A stretch of 64,000 bases of DNA from Ranitomeya imitator (Eukaryota): NCBI RefSeq assembly GCF_032444005.1, contig NC_091282.1:143592001-143656000 (forward strand), read 5' to 3'. Under the pieces are notes generated by a model. That model saw only the letters and a program-made list of their open reading frames with translations, was not told the origin of the DNA and searched no databases. Both the position numbers and the translations under genes were made by a program. Shown here in pieces: positions 1-13,500 of the stretch. How positions within the stretch are numbered: the stretch's first letter is position 1; each line of letters starts with the position of its first letter.

Positions 1-1415
1 GACTGTGACTTTTGGATCTGGCAGATGTGGTCAGCACGGCCTGTCACTTCCTGTCACATTCCTAGTAGTCACTGACATGGGGCTGCAGACAGCAGCTGGC
101 ATCGCATGTTGCATCTGTTCTTTACCCCATCGTACTGTGGGGGGATAATGGCTGCAAATATCAGAAACACTAATTAATGCCCCCAATCGCATTTCTCCGC
201 AGTGTCTTCCTAGTAATGATGGATGAGGTGTAAGGATCAGTGTCTAAGCTCTGTGGAGGATACAGAGTCAGGGCGGCATACCGGGCAGTCAGAGCCAGGC
301 TTGGTCTTGGCTTAGGTGTGCCCAGTGGCATTACCACATTAGTTTCTACACTGGCGCGCCATCTGTTGGAGGGTCCTGGGCATTGCATGAGAGAGCTTTA
401 TAAACACTTGTTTCTATGGTCTGTGCATACTGCTTATTCTGGTGGTCAGTAAGCGGCCCCCATACCGCTGTGCGTTTTGGAAGCCCTGTAGCAGATTTCC
501 TCTCTGGGAGGCTTCGGTTTCGATCACGTTATTGATCTTTGTTGACTTGTTCATCAGGAAAGGCTCCCGACATGTACAGAGGTCCATATAACGAGCTCTA
601 TAGAGCCCCATTCTATGGAATACAATACTCACCCACGCCTAGGTATAAGCGGACCCTTATATAAGGACGCCATGAACACATTATAATAATGAATTCAAAG
701 TGGAGAAATGCTTAAAGCCCGTGGCTACATTAGCGCTGTATGAAGAACAGGAATTGCCGTATTAGCGTGTAGGGCTCCGTTCACATGTCCAGCTGTCATC
801 CATTTGTAACAGATGCAGCATTAAAAAAAATAAAATAAACATGGATTTGTTGCCAACGGACCAAAGCTGATGGAAAATGGAAATCAAATTTTCCATTTTT
901 TTTTTTTTTTTTTAAAGACTGCACCATTGTTCCCCATTCATAACATGGATATTCAAATAATTTTTGCCTGTGTGATACATGAGCCTAATTTTTATGTAAT
1001 TTTCATATCTTTTTTTTTTCTCTGCTGGTATGAGGTGGGTGGGGAGAGGGATGAGAATGTTTCCAGATTTCCTCCTAGCTGCAGTAATGCACTTTCCTAC
1101 TAGACAAGCTCATAGTAGATTAATCTGAGATGGCGCTGGCCGGTTGCCTTTTGACCTCCGATGCTGACCTCCATGCGCACACACACACAATCTTTAAACA
1201 TTGCGCAGTGGCTTTGTTACTCTTTCGTGGGCTTTATAGTATCTTTATAGTTTGGGCCGTCTACCCTGATGCTAATAACATCACAATCGTTAATGAGGGT
1301 GCTTGATAAAAAAAATTGCTATGAGCTGCTACATTGCATTGGGCAGCTGATCACTATTACGAACCAGTCGACGTGGAATTGATGCATTTTTACCCTGTTC
1401 ACTGTGTCTTTTCAG

Positions 1416-1568
1416 GTGGTATCATGGCAAGCTGGACCGGACGATTGCAGAGGAGCGCCTTTACCAGGCTGGGCGGACTGGAAGCTACCTTATCAGGGAG
1501 AGTGATCGACGGCCGGGGTCCTTTGTGCTGTCTTTTCTCAGCAAAACAAATGTTGTCACCCATTTCAG
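1416..1568 (+). CDS. RASA1: RASA1 exon 2 (N-terminal SH2)
   Basis: ttcag|G TGG TAT CAT GGC...CAT TTC AG|gtaggc; [50 protein letters not shown]; 153 nt. Confidence 0.97.
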
Positions 1569-4500
1569 GTAGGCAGGGAGACCCCATTATAACTAATAAA
1601 TTAGGCTTTATGTTAGGGGTGTTTGCTTCTTTTTTTAATAATGTTGGGAAGTGCTTTCATGATTTTGATTTTTGTGTGAAAAAGGAAGGGAAATTAGAGA
1701 CAACTTGGAAATCTCTGTTCACAATGGCTGTATGGCTTTCAGTTGTAGCTTAAGGGGGATCTGCAGCCAGATCTCTCTCTATATTCTGCATACAGGATTA
1801 AAAGGGGTTTCCAGATTCAGAAAATAAAGAAACTGAGCGTTACGTTACTCACTCTCCCCAGGTACAGCAGCGAGTCTCCCCTTCTGCTCCTGGTATTGGT
1901 TGTCTGCAGCTCTGATGTGACGTTGACAGCGCTGTCGCCAATCGGTGAAACTTGGCAGCTCTAAGCAGCTTGTGCCATCTAATTGATCCTAGCCACTGAG
2001 AACAGTTTTTGTCTGCAGTGCTGTCAGTGTGTCATCGGCTTTGCAGACGACAAACAACTGGAGTATTGGCTGAGACTCGGCGCTGGATCACAGGAGGGGT
2101 GAATAAAGCTCAGTTAAATATACCGTGTATATATATTTTTTTACTAAGTCTGTGGATATGTTTTTGGAAACTGGGAAACCCTTTCATATGAATCTTTTAG
2201 ACCTGATGAGACTGGTATATTAATTTTATAAAATCCATATCGAAGGCTGTTCTAAATCCTCAAACTAAAATGAGCTTTATGAGCTCAGCTAGAGCTAGTC
2301 GTAAAATACTCCTTTTCGAAAATGGTTATACAATTGGTTTCAAAAATATATACACCAGCTTCATCAAGTCTATAAGATGTATGTAGTTTGTATTGTGAAA
2401 TGTGGTGACAGATCTACCATATTTTTCGGACTATAAGACGCACTGGAACATAAGACACACCTAGGTTGCCGAGGAGGAACTTAAAGGGGAATCTTGTCAT
2501 CTCATTTTTCGCATATAAGCTGCGGCCACCGCCATTAGGGGCTTATGTACAACATTCTGTAATGCTGTAGATAAGCCCCCGTGTAACCTGAAAGATAAGA
2601 AAAACAAGTTAGATTATACTCACCCAGGGGTAGTCCGGGACCGATGGGCGTCGCAGGTCCAGGTCCGGCGCCTCCATGCTTCATACAATGTCGTCATCCT
2701 CCTTGCTTTGTGTCGCGGCTCCTGCGCAGGTGTACGGATATGCCCTGTTAAGGGCAGAGTAAAATACTGCAGTACGCAGACGTTGGGCCTCTCTGAGCTT
2801 TCCCAGCGCCTGTGCACTGCAGTACTTCGATCTGCCCTCAACAGGGCAGACAAAGTACACCTGCGCAGGAGCCGCGACAGAAGCAAGGATGAGGACGTCA
2901 TCGCATGAAGATAGGAGGCGCCGGACCTGCGACGCCCATCGGACCTGGACCGCTCCTGGGTGAGTATAATCTATCTTGTTTTTCTTATCTTTCAGGTTAC
3001 ATCGGGGGGAGGGATTATCTACAGCATTACAGAATGCTGTAGATAAGCCCCTACAGGCGGTGGCCGCAGCTTATATGTGAAAAATGCGGTGAAAGATTCC
3101 CTTAAAAAAAAAAAAAATACAGTAAAAAATATGATCAATTCTGTACTAATAGGGGATCCTGGTATACATGGTCGCCTCTTCCCATCTCTGTTATGGTATC
3201 CGTGGGCCCCATCCCCATCCTGGTATGAATGGACCCCACATCCTTATCCTGGTATGTATGACCCTCATTACATCCTGGTATACATGGCCCTCATCAGAAT
3301 AAACATTAAAAAACATAAATCATTCTACCTACCTTCCCTGCGCTCCCTCGCAGCGTCCTGTTCTGATGCCAGCAAATAGTTTTTGCCTATAAGCAGCACA
3401 GGGCAGTGAGGTCATGCACTGCCTACAAGCAGAGGACAGCTGCTGGAATACTCACTGCACCCCATGTCGGGACTATTGGCGTGTGGAGCAGTGAATATTA
3501 GTTGATCTTTAATAGCGTGCACAGTGTTCGCTGCAGCTGCAGGCTTCCTGCATCTGCCAGTCGTTCATGTGTGCCTGAGACTAAAGGGAATGAATATTTC
3601 ATTGGAGTGGAGAGCAGTGAATATTCATTCTCTTTAATAGCGGGCACACGAGATCGGCTAGCAGCTGCGCGACACCTGTGGCTGCTGTGATCAGTGAATA
3701 TTCACTGCTCTCCACGCGTATGGGAGTGGAGAGCAGTAAATATTCCCCTAACCCCTTCATGAGCCCAGCTTTTTTCGGTTTTGCGTTTTCGTTTTTCGCT
3801 CCCCTCCTTCCCAGAGCCATAACTTTTTTTTTTTTTCCGTCACTATGGCCATGTGAGGTCTTATTTTTTGTGGGACAAGTTGTAATTTTGAACGACATCA
3901 TTGGTTAGCATATTGTGTACTCGAAAATGGGAAAAAAATTCCAAGTGTGGTGAAATTGCAAAAATAAGTGCAATTCCACACTCGTTTCTTGTTTGGCTTT
4001 TTTGCTAGGTTCACTAAATGCTAAAACTGACCTTCTCAAGGTCATTACGAGTTCATAGACGCCAAACATCTCTAAGTTATTTTTTATCTAAGTGGTAAAA
4101 AAAAATTCCAAAGTTTTCAAATAAAATTGCGCAATTTTCCTATACCCGTAGCGTCTTCATTTTTTGGGATCTGGGGTTGGGTTAGGGCTTTTTCTTGCGT
4201 ACCGAGCTGACATTTTTAATGATACCTTTTTGGTGCAGATGCCCATTAATGCATTTTAATACAATGTCGCGGCAACCAAAAAAAACATAACTCTGGCATT
4301 TTTAATTTTTTTAGCGCTACGCCGTTTAGCGAACAGGTTGATCCTTTTTTTTTTTTTCTTTAGATTGATCGGGCGATTCTGAACACGGCGATTCCAAATA
4401 TGTATAGGTTTGATTTTTTTTTTTTTTTTTTTATTTTGAATCGGGCGAAAGGGGGGTGACTTTAACTTTTATTTATTTTTTCATATTTTTTAATACCTTT

Positions 4501-7500
4501 TTATTTTTACTTTTGCTATGCTTCAATAGCCTCCATTGGAGGCTTGAAGCTGCCATAGCCTGATCGGCTCTGCTACATAGAAGCGATGCTCAGATTGCTC
4601 CTATGTAGTAGATTTACTGCATTGTTATGAGCGCCGGCCACAGGGTGGCGCTCACAGCAATCCGGCACCAACAATCATAGAGGTCTTCAATAGACCTCTG
4701 GTTGTTATGCTGACGTATCGCTGACCCCCGATCACGTGACGGGGTTAGCGATGTGCTCAGTTCCGGTCCAATGGCCGGAAGCGCTAGATAAATGCCGCTG
4801 TCAGCGTTTGACAGTGGCATTTAACTAGTTAATAGCGTTGGGCGGATCGCGATTCCACCCGCTGCTATTGCGGGCACATGTCAGCTCTTCAAAACAGCTG
4901 ACATGTCCTGGCTTTGATGCGGGCTCACCGCCGGAGCCCACATCAAGCTGGGGGTCTGACCTCAGACTATCCCATCCGAGCTCAGAAAGGGGTTAAGTAG
5001 CGGTCACACTTGAACACCCGACACTGGCTGGAAGTCGATGGCTGCGGCTAACAGCGTGTCTGCTATTAAAGAGAGAAGAATATTCAGCGCTCTCCGCACC
5101 CATGGACTTGGAGAGCAGTGAATATTCATTACTCTTCTGCCTCCTGTGACCCGCTGCTTCGCCGCTACCGCTCCTTCACCTCCCCATCCACAGCAGGTAC
5201 ATCCGGAATATAAGATGCACCCCTCATTTTCCTCCACATTTTTGGAGGTAAAAAGTGCGTCTTGTATTCCGAAAAATACTGTACTTCTTTAGCCATGACT
5301 TGTTGGCTATTGAACCCTGATTTTGTATTACTGGGGTCCATTGGGGTTTTCCAAGGTTTCTTTCGATGCTTGTTTTACTATTGGCGCTGTCAGACGATAC
5401 CGCACCCTTCACAGGTTCTCCTAATGCCGATGTGGACATAACCAAAATATTTCTGCTGTCATTTATAATTCCGTCTTCATTTTTTCCTTTTCTTACAGGA
5501 TTATAGCCATGTGTGGTGACTTCTATATCGGAGGGAGACGGTTTTCTTCACTTTCTGATCTCATAGGATACTACAGTCATGTCTCTTGCTTACTGAAAGA
5601 AGAAAAACTGCTTTTTCCTGTGGCTCCGCCAGAGGCAAGTCCATTATAATTTCTCCAAACCCAGCAGCCAAAATAGACTCTCGGGGGAATCACTGCTGTC
5701 AAGTGAAGCGTTGATTATTTACATGCTGCATTCATTCTTCAAAAAATGCTGCAAGAACTCCGCCAAAGCCAGGCCACACTGATATAAAGAACAGGGATCA
5801 TGAGGACCCCATTGCAATAAAGGGATAGTTTGGTTTGGGAATGACAGGTGGCGGAGCAGCAGTGTGCACGCCCGACCACCACTCTTTTCAAGTGAGGGAC
5901 TTGCCATTCCCTTTAATCAGAGAGGGTCCCAGCGATCAGCGGCCTGCCACATGTCCTGTGGATAGCTTTTATATTGAAGTCACACATTTTCTGAATTTTA
6001 TATGTTAAATCTTCCATTGCAACTATTTGTGATGTCAAAAGTAAGACTGTAATTGATTTCCCCTTATCAAGGTTTGGCAATCAGGTGGGCTCTGTACACT
6101 TCTGCATTCTGGATGCTATTCTTCCCAAACTACGGCTCCGTGATGCTGTTCTAGTATATTCCACCCAAAAATGGATCCTGCCATGTCAAAAAAAGGAAAC
6201 TTGTTTATACAAAGGGTATGAAAGCAGATGTAAAAATAAGGAAACTAATTCTTGACTTGAATTCACTGCAAGCACATTGTGACATTAAGACGATGCTGTG
6301 ATTTCTCATCAAATGATCCAAAATAGTGTTTCCACACTCTCCAATCTGCTGGATCATGGATATAATGGTATCTCTTATATACCCTGAACACCACTGGAAA
6401 TATATACTGACTCCTCTCACTTTCTTGAAATATTTGGGCTGTAAACTTTCCCAATAGATGTTAGAAAAATATTCCGTACCTCTGACACTTGTAGTCCAGG
6501 GCACCATTGCAGCGGCACTGAGGTCCATACGTTGTCACTATCGGTGGAGTGAATGGGACTCCCATACACTGCACATCGTCCCCTGTACACTCTGTTCCTG
6601 TCGTATAGACCTGACTGCTGCTGCCAGTCATTGGCTTTAGCGGTCATATGCCTGTCCTGACTAGACGTGGAACCGTTGCCATTCTTTCAGGTCAAGTCCT
6701 TTAGGTTGAGGATAGATAAGGTTTCCCCTCCCCCCACACACACCTTCTTGGAAATATGAGAGCAACCAAGTTGAGAGATTGCTTAAAAAGATTTTTGATG
6801 GTAAAAATGATCATCAGTCGTCCTAACATTCTTTATTCTCTTTTAGCCAGTGGAAGACAGGAGAAGAGTACGGGCCATCCTTCCTTACACTAAAGTCCCA
6901 GAGACTGATGAAATCAGGTGGGTAGATAGGAACACTTCATTTTTACATATAATATTATCAAGCTTTTCATTTCCAATGTTAAGTCTATTACCGGTAATAA
7001 TTTTACCATTTGTGTGAGATATGAAAGGGGTCCCTTGTTTGCTTTATAATGGAGCAGAACCCCCTCTGGGGCAGGGGGAGTCGCACAACATTATGATAGT
7101 AATTGTGGCGCATAGCGGGGTGACCGTGGTGGAGATGTATCCTTGCCATATCGTATAACAAATGTGCAAACTGTACGGAGTGTTTTTTTATTAGTACCAG
7201 TTCTGTCTCGGGTTTAAGACCATCTTTTCTCTGTCATTTGCGAGTAAAGTTTATGTGTTGGTAGTCATTGTTCTGTACTGTACAGAATAAGGAAAATAAA
7301 GAGGTTTCATTATAGAAAGGATGTTGACACAAATGCCGCTTTTTGGCAGTTATCAGTGGTCCGGGGGTTCCTCACCCCTTTATAAGGCAGAGCAAAGAGA
7401 AGCTTTCCATCCCGAGGACTCTCCATCTGATTATATCAGTGGTTAGCGCATTGTGTCATTGGAACATACTGCGTTTCTTCCTATGTGACAGTCCTAAGTC

Positions 7501-10500
7501 TACCTCTTTTTCATGAATTGGTTGGCATATCTGCAGGTCTGCATTGACCATAACTTTCCCTGTGGTTTTTTTTTCTTCAGTTTTCTGAAAGGAGATATGT
7601 TTATAGTCCATAATGAGTTAGAAGATGGATGGATGTGGGTGACCAATCTTCGCACTAATGAACAAGGACTTATAGTTGTAGATTTGGTGAATGAAGTGGT
7701 AAGTATTTTGGTTTTTCCTCCTTTTTACAAGTCGTAAAGAAGAATTGTAGACTCATAACTACTCAGGAGGGATACAGGCTCTCTGAGTATTTCAGCCCTT
7801 ATTTCTGGGTATGAAGAGACCCGGTTTAGTACGAAAAATTATTTTCAACGCAGTGCTCCAAGTTGGGAAATAAATTGCAGACTCTGGGTTTGGTATAAGC
7901 TTTGCAGACTCATAACTACAAATTGAGTTTTTTTGGGCTGAAGCATATTAAAGGGTTTGTACCATCTGGGACGTTTGTAGATGGGATAAGGACCATCTGC
8001 GTCTTATAGATGTGGTACCCAACAAGCGCGTTCCCAGAAGAATGGAGAATGGGGTGTATGCGCCTCTTCATGCCAGGGCCCATGTCTTGTGATAGATGCC
8101 TGACTCATACAGGGTCTTGCATCTTCTGGACATCTGACACATCCTATCAGTATGACATATAGATCTGAGATGGGATGAAATTGATGGGAAAACCATTCTT
8201 GTAGCTGTGAAGGACAATGCTGTGTTTGGTAGATATTGGAGTTGAGCAAAAGATTCACAGGACCCTGGCCTGACATCCATGTCAATACTCGGGCAGCCGA
8301 ATTAGGGCAGTGCGAAATTCCTCCTTTGGCACTCAAGTCCTAACTTCCGTGTTGTGCACCACTTGTGATCACTAGGCCCCCACAATGTTATGTATTTTCT
8401 CAACTACGATATTATATTCATTATCACTATGTATGTAGATAAATTCTACCTATGGTTCTGTGTGCACAATTTCTACCTTTTTTTCTTTTTTCCTTTTTTT
8501 GTTAGGGCAGAGAAGAGGATCCACATGAAGGCAAGATGTAAGCATTATTACATGTTGTGTAGATTACAAGCCCTGAATTGTGTGCGATTTGCTGTATGTA
8601 GCCTGTGTTAAATTGGTACAGTGCCTTGCGAAAGTATTCGTCTCCCTCGAACTTTTCAACTTTTTCCCACATATAATGCTTCAAACATAAAGATACCAAA
8701 TATTAATTTTTAGTGAAGAATCAACAACAAGTGGAACACAATTGTGAAGTTGAACGAAATTTATTGGTTATTTTAAATTTTTGTGGAAAATCAAAAACTG
8801 AAAACTGGGGCGTGCAATATTATTCGGCCCTTTTACTTTCAGTGCAGCAAACGCACTCCAGAAGTTTTGTGGATCTCTGAATGATCCAATGTTGTCCTAA
8901 ATGCCTAATGATGATAAATATAATTCACCTGTGTGTAATTAGTTCTCCGTATAAATGCACCTGCTCTGTGATAGTCTCAGGGTTCTGTTTGAAGCACAGA
9001 GAGCATCATGAAGACCAAGGAACACAACAGGCAGGTCCGTGATACTGTTGTGGAGAAGTTTAAAGCCGGATTTGGATACAAAGTGATTTCCAAAACTTTA
9101 AACATCCCAAGGAGCACAGTGCAAACGATCATATTGAAATGGAAGGAGTATCATACCACTACAAATCTATGAAGACCCGGCCGTCCCTCTAAACTTTCAT
9201 CTCAAACAAGGAGAAGACTGATCAGAGATGCAGCCAAGAGGTCCATGATCACTCTGGATGAACTGCAGAGATCTACAGCTGAGGTGGGACAGTCTGTCCA
9301 TAGGACAACAATCAGTCGTACACTGCACAAATCTGGCCTTTATGGAAGAGTGGCAAGAAGAAAGCCATTTCTCAAAGATATCCATAAAAAGTGTCAGTTA
9401 AGGTTTGCAACAAGCCACCTGGGAAACACACCAAACATGTGGAAGAAGGTGCTCTGGTCAGATGAAACCAAAATCGAACTTTTTGGCAACAATGCCAAAC
9501 GATATGTTTGGCATAAAGGCAACACAGCTCATAACCCTGAGCACACCATCCCCACTGTCAAACATGGTGGTGGCAGCATCATGGTTTGGGCCTGCTTTTC
9601 TTCAGCAGGGACAGGGAAAATTGATGGGAAGATGGATGGAGCCAAATACAGGACCATTCTTGAAGAAAACCTGTTGCAGTCTGCAAAAGACCTGAGACTG
9701 GGACGGAGATTTGTCTTCCAACAAGACAATGATCCCAAACATAAAGCAAATTCTACAATGGAATGGTTCACAAATAAACGTATCCAGGTGTTAGAATGGC
9801 CAAGTCAAAGTCCAGACCTCAATCCAATCGAGAATCTGTGGAAAGAGCTGACAACTGCTGTTCACAAACGATTTCCATCAAACCTCACTGAGCTCGAGCT
9901 GTTTGCCCAGGAAGAATGGGCAAGAATTTCAGTCGTTCGATGTGCAAAACTGATAGAGACATACCCCAAGTGACTTGTAGCTGTAATCGCAGCAAAAGGT
10001 GGTGCAACAAAGTATTAAGTTAAAGGGGACGAATAATATTGCACGCCCCACTTTTCAGTTTTTGATTTTCCACAAAAATTAAAAATAACCAATAAATTTT
10101 GTTCAACTTCACAATTGTGTTCCACTGTTGTTGATTCTTCACCAAACATTTATATTTGGTATCTTTGAAGCATGATATGTGGGAAAAGGTTGAAAAGTTC
10201 CAGGGGGCCGAATACTTTTGCAATGCACTGTACATTAATCGTAGAATATAACAGAGGAGTAATACTCGCCTTACTGATCTTCTGCCGATAAGTCATTGGT
10301 CCCATTGTCAGAATAGTAAATGAAATACCACTATTTTTACCATCAATAATGCCAAGACCTCTATGTAAATCAGGTTAAACCGGATCTGTTCAGAATTCGG
10401 CATAGCAGTCGTGCCCATCATGAGCAGATTCCGTGACTCCAATGTGAAGGGGGCCGTATTGATCAATGAATGCATTATTAATCAGCCGGCAGCCAATGGT

Positions 10501-13500
10501 TGGGTTCTGCACATATTTACTTCTCTTATTCTTCTTTTCTGTAGATGGTTCCATGGGAAAATCAACAAGCAGGAAGCCTATAATCTACTTATGACAGGTA
10601 AATGCTGATGTGAAGTTTACAGTCTCAAATTGGCCAGATAATGCCATGTGCATGTAAAGGCGTATGAAACCCTAAAACATCTAATTGCTTACCCAAAAAT
10701 GCTTATTGAAGGCCCCCCATTGGCCATGAGTACCATATATAAACAAACTGACGCCCCTCTCCCCATAGCTAACCGACTGCCAGAGGTCGTATAATTTGTC
10801 CAGCATGCTGTATTGGCACACATGCAGGCAGCACCATCTCCTGTGTTTGCACCTAAACGCTTTGGGTCTGCACCGTAAAGGACGCAACTATGGACATAGT
10901 GGTCTGTCACATACCGTACCCATGGCCAGCCAGGCGGACAACTAGGTACAGATTGCTGTATGCATTATGGCTTTATTTTTTTTTAGCAATTTATATCTCA
11001 GCAAGTGACATTTTCCAGGAATTTTAGCAGGAATTTAACTCCTTTTCCAACTTTTACTGATTTATCCAGGGCCGTCATTTGATAGAATGGATGCTGATAT
11101 AATTTCTTATCAACGTGTCCCTTTGGCCATACTGTTTTGCCAGGTTTAGAGGGACTCCACTGCCCTTTGGCTAGTATATTTTCCAAAGTAGCTTCCCTGC
11201 CTGATGAGTATCATGCACCAGTCCTGATAAGCCGAAGAGGACCTCTATGTAATATTTGCTGGGCTCCCTCATGGTTACTCCAACAACTATACCGCCTAGC
11301 TTCCAGTTGCGTCTCGCCACACCTAATGATGGCATGGAAGGATGAGTTAAATTGAAGGGACGCTTTAATTATTTCAATATTTACATTTTAGTTCTAAACA
11401 AGTTTTGTCTGTGTTCACATCCCCATTCTCTCCTACTTGGTTTCTTCTTCCTTTAACTCCTTTGTGTGCCACTTTTGTTTGGTGAGGGTATTTTATGATT
11501 ATTTTTTATTTATCCCTGTCAGTCTTTCCTTGTTTGGTTATTGTTGTCCTATACACTTCGGCTTCCCACCTCCCTTGGTGGGGGTAGAGGACAGATTAGG
11601 GTTGATATAGGAGCATAGCAAGGCACATGAAACCGGCATCTCCACCTTCAGAAGTAATCTAAGGGACAGGGATAGACTAGGGCACTCCTAGTTGTAGGGA
11701 CCTTCTAAGTGCCCACAGTCCCCAGGCATTACATGACAGACACCTTGCAACATAAAAGGTTTTTATACAATGTTGCAAATGCTCACACTTTTATATTTGT
11801 GAGATTGTTAGGCAAAATTATATACCATATTATCCCAACAAGACTACGATATTGCTATTTAGCACTTATAATTGCGATTGCTAGACACAGATCGTGTTAC
11901 AATAGAAGATAATTAGCTGTATTACTCTGTATAATTAAGAGTCCACCCTAATTAAAATGATGCTCTCCTGTCACTGCGCTTGTCGAACATTGATTGTGGG
12001 AATCCCTCCCTGTACTTGGTCAGGACTACGTCCCAGCGCGCGTTTTGCCAGCTAGTCTGGCTTCTTTTAGGGATGGAGCCCGTGAGACATGCGATCCTTT
12101 ACGCAGGTCAAATATTGATTGACAGGTCTCACAGCCAATCTGCATTATATCAAATGAACTAGACAATTAAATATATTGCTCTCTAATCAAATGAAAGATA
12201 CATTGAATACAACTCCTATTTACACTATTGGCTAGAACATCATGGGAAGGAAATATGAAAGTTACAGGTTTTTGTTTTTATTCGAGTATTTCATGATGAT
12301 TCATATATACTAATAATGGACATAGATTAATTATTATATACAGTTTGTTAGCGATTATAGTTCTCAATTTATTGAATTAATCTATAGATCAAGATGAATT
12401 ATATATTTAGTCATTAACTATTTAAACATTGTTAGATCTCTGTCATACTTTAGTCCCATTAATAGAAATGTATGTGTGGCAAATGTGATGTTCTCTCCTA
12501 TATTGATCCCACATTTAAATTTGTCTGTGGATAAAATGATTAGTATGAGCAGTCTTCCAATAATTATTCCTCCCGTGCATGGTCCAGGTGGTATGGTTAC
12601 AGCATTCTTGCACTGTTTTGTCCCTAAATCCCAAAAGTATTAAAATATTATGAAGCACTTATCATATATTTTGTTGACAACTTGAAATAATTGAGGCTGC
12701 CTCATACAGACTCGTGGGTTCCCATGTTCAGACATCCTTGAGGTATAAGATATCATATAAAAATCATTTATAATAACCCAACGGTCCAGATTATCCAATA
12801 GAGAGATTTCCAATTCCCATAGCTTGAACTCTGATCATGGCGGCTGCCATGCCTGGAAAGATAATGATGTCGTGCTACAAAAATCCTCCAAAGTTCTAGT
12901 TCTCGTTTAGTCCCAGTGGGCTCACTCATTCTCGTGTTCCAATAAAAGTCAGGTGGTCTCCAAGTATTTGTTAGTGCTCGGAGATTTAGTTTTCGTCCCT
13001 CAGCTGCATGATTTACGGCTGCTGGACAGCCTGAATAAATGTGTGAATTCCCTAACAAACAAGCATTTCTCACATGTATTCAGGCTGTCTAGCAGCCGTA
13101 AATGATGCAGCTGTGGCAACGAAAGCTAAATCTCCGAGCAATGACTATACTCGCTCATCACTAATGAGGAACGTCTTGCCTTATGGCCATATCTCAGCCT
13201 GGCTCACGGCTACAGCACCTCAGCTTTAAAAATGAGACCGGTAAATGAAGGAATGAATGAAAGCAGCACTCACCCGTAATCTTCAATGATATAATAGTCC
13301 TTTATTGACCATGGCCCAACATTCCCAGCTAGGAAAAAGACAGGTTACGACATAAGGAGGGAGCGGTGAGGGAGGGTGCAGAGACGAGACAGACGACGGC
13401 CGTTTCACTGGACCCGTTGAAGCGATTGTTTGCGAAACGGCCGTCGTCTATCGCTTCAACGGGTCCAGTGAAACGGCCGTCGTCTGTCCTCCTTTGTAGA

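Larger units (their letters stand above)
2417..5281. mobile_element. Non-autonomous Tc1/mariner (Tc2/pogo-like) element hosting two nested insertions
   Basis: TA|ccatatttttcggactataagacgcac ... gtgcgtcttgtattccgaaaaatactg|TA: inverted termini, TA TSD, no transposase. Confidence 0.75.

Noticed and set aside
170-650. Possible LINE (L1/Tx1) 3' remnant or small gene
   Set aside because: Only a vague Cys/His pattern with no convincing motifs or termini; not supportable by eye.
2196-2240. CTGATGAG motifs at 2203 and 54457 as hammerhead ribozymes
   Set aside because: No pairing stem II or properly placed GAAA and stem III follows; at best decayed repeat remnants.
11200-11710. Possible solo LTR remnant
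   Set aside because: I could not locate TG...CA ends, a TSD or a primer-binding site.
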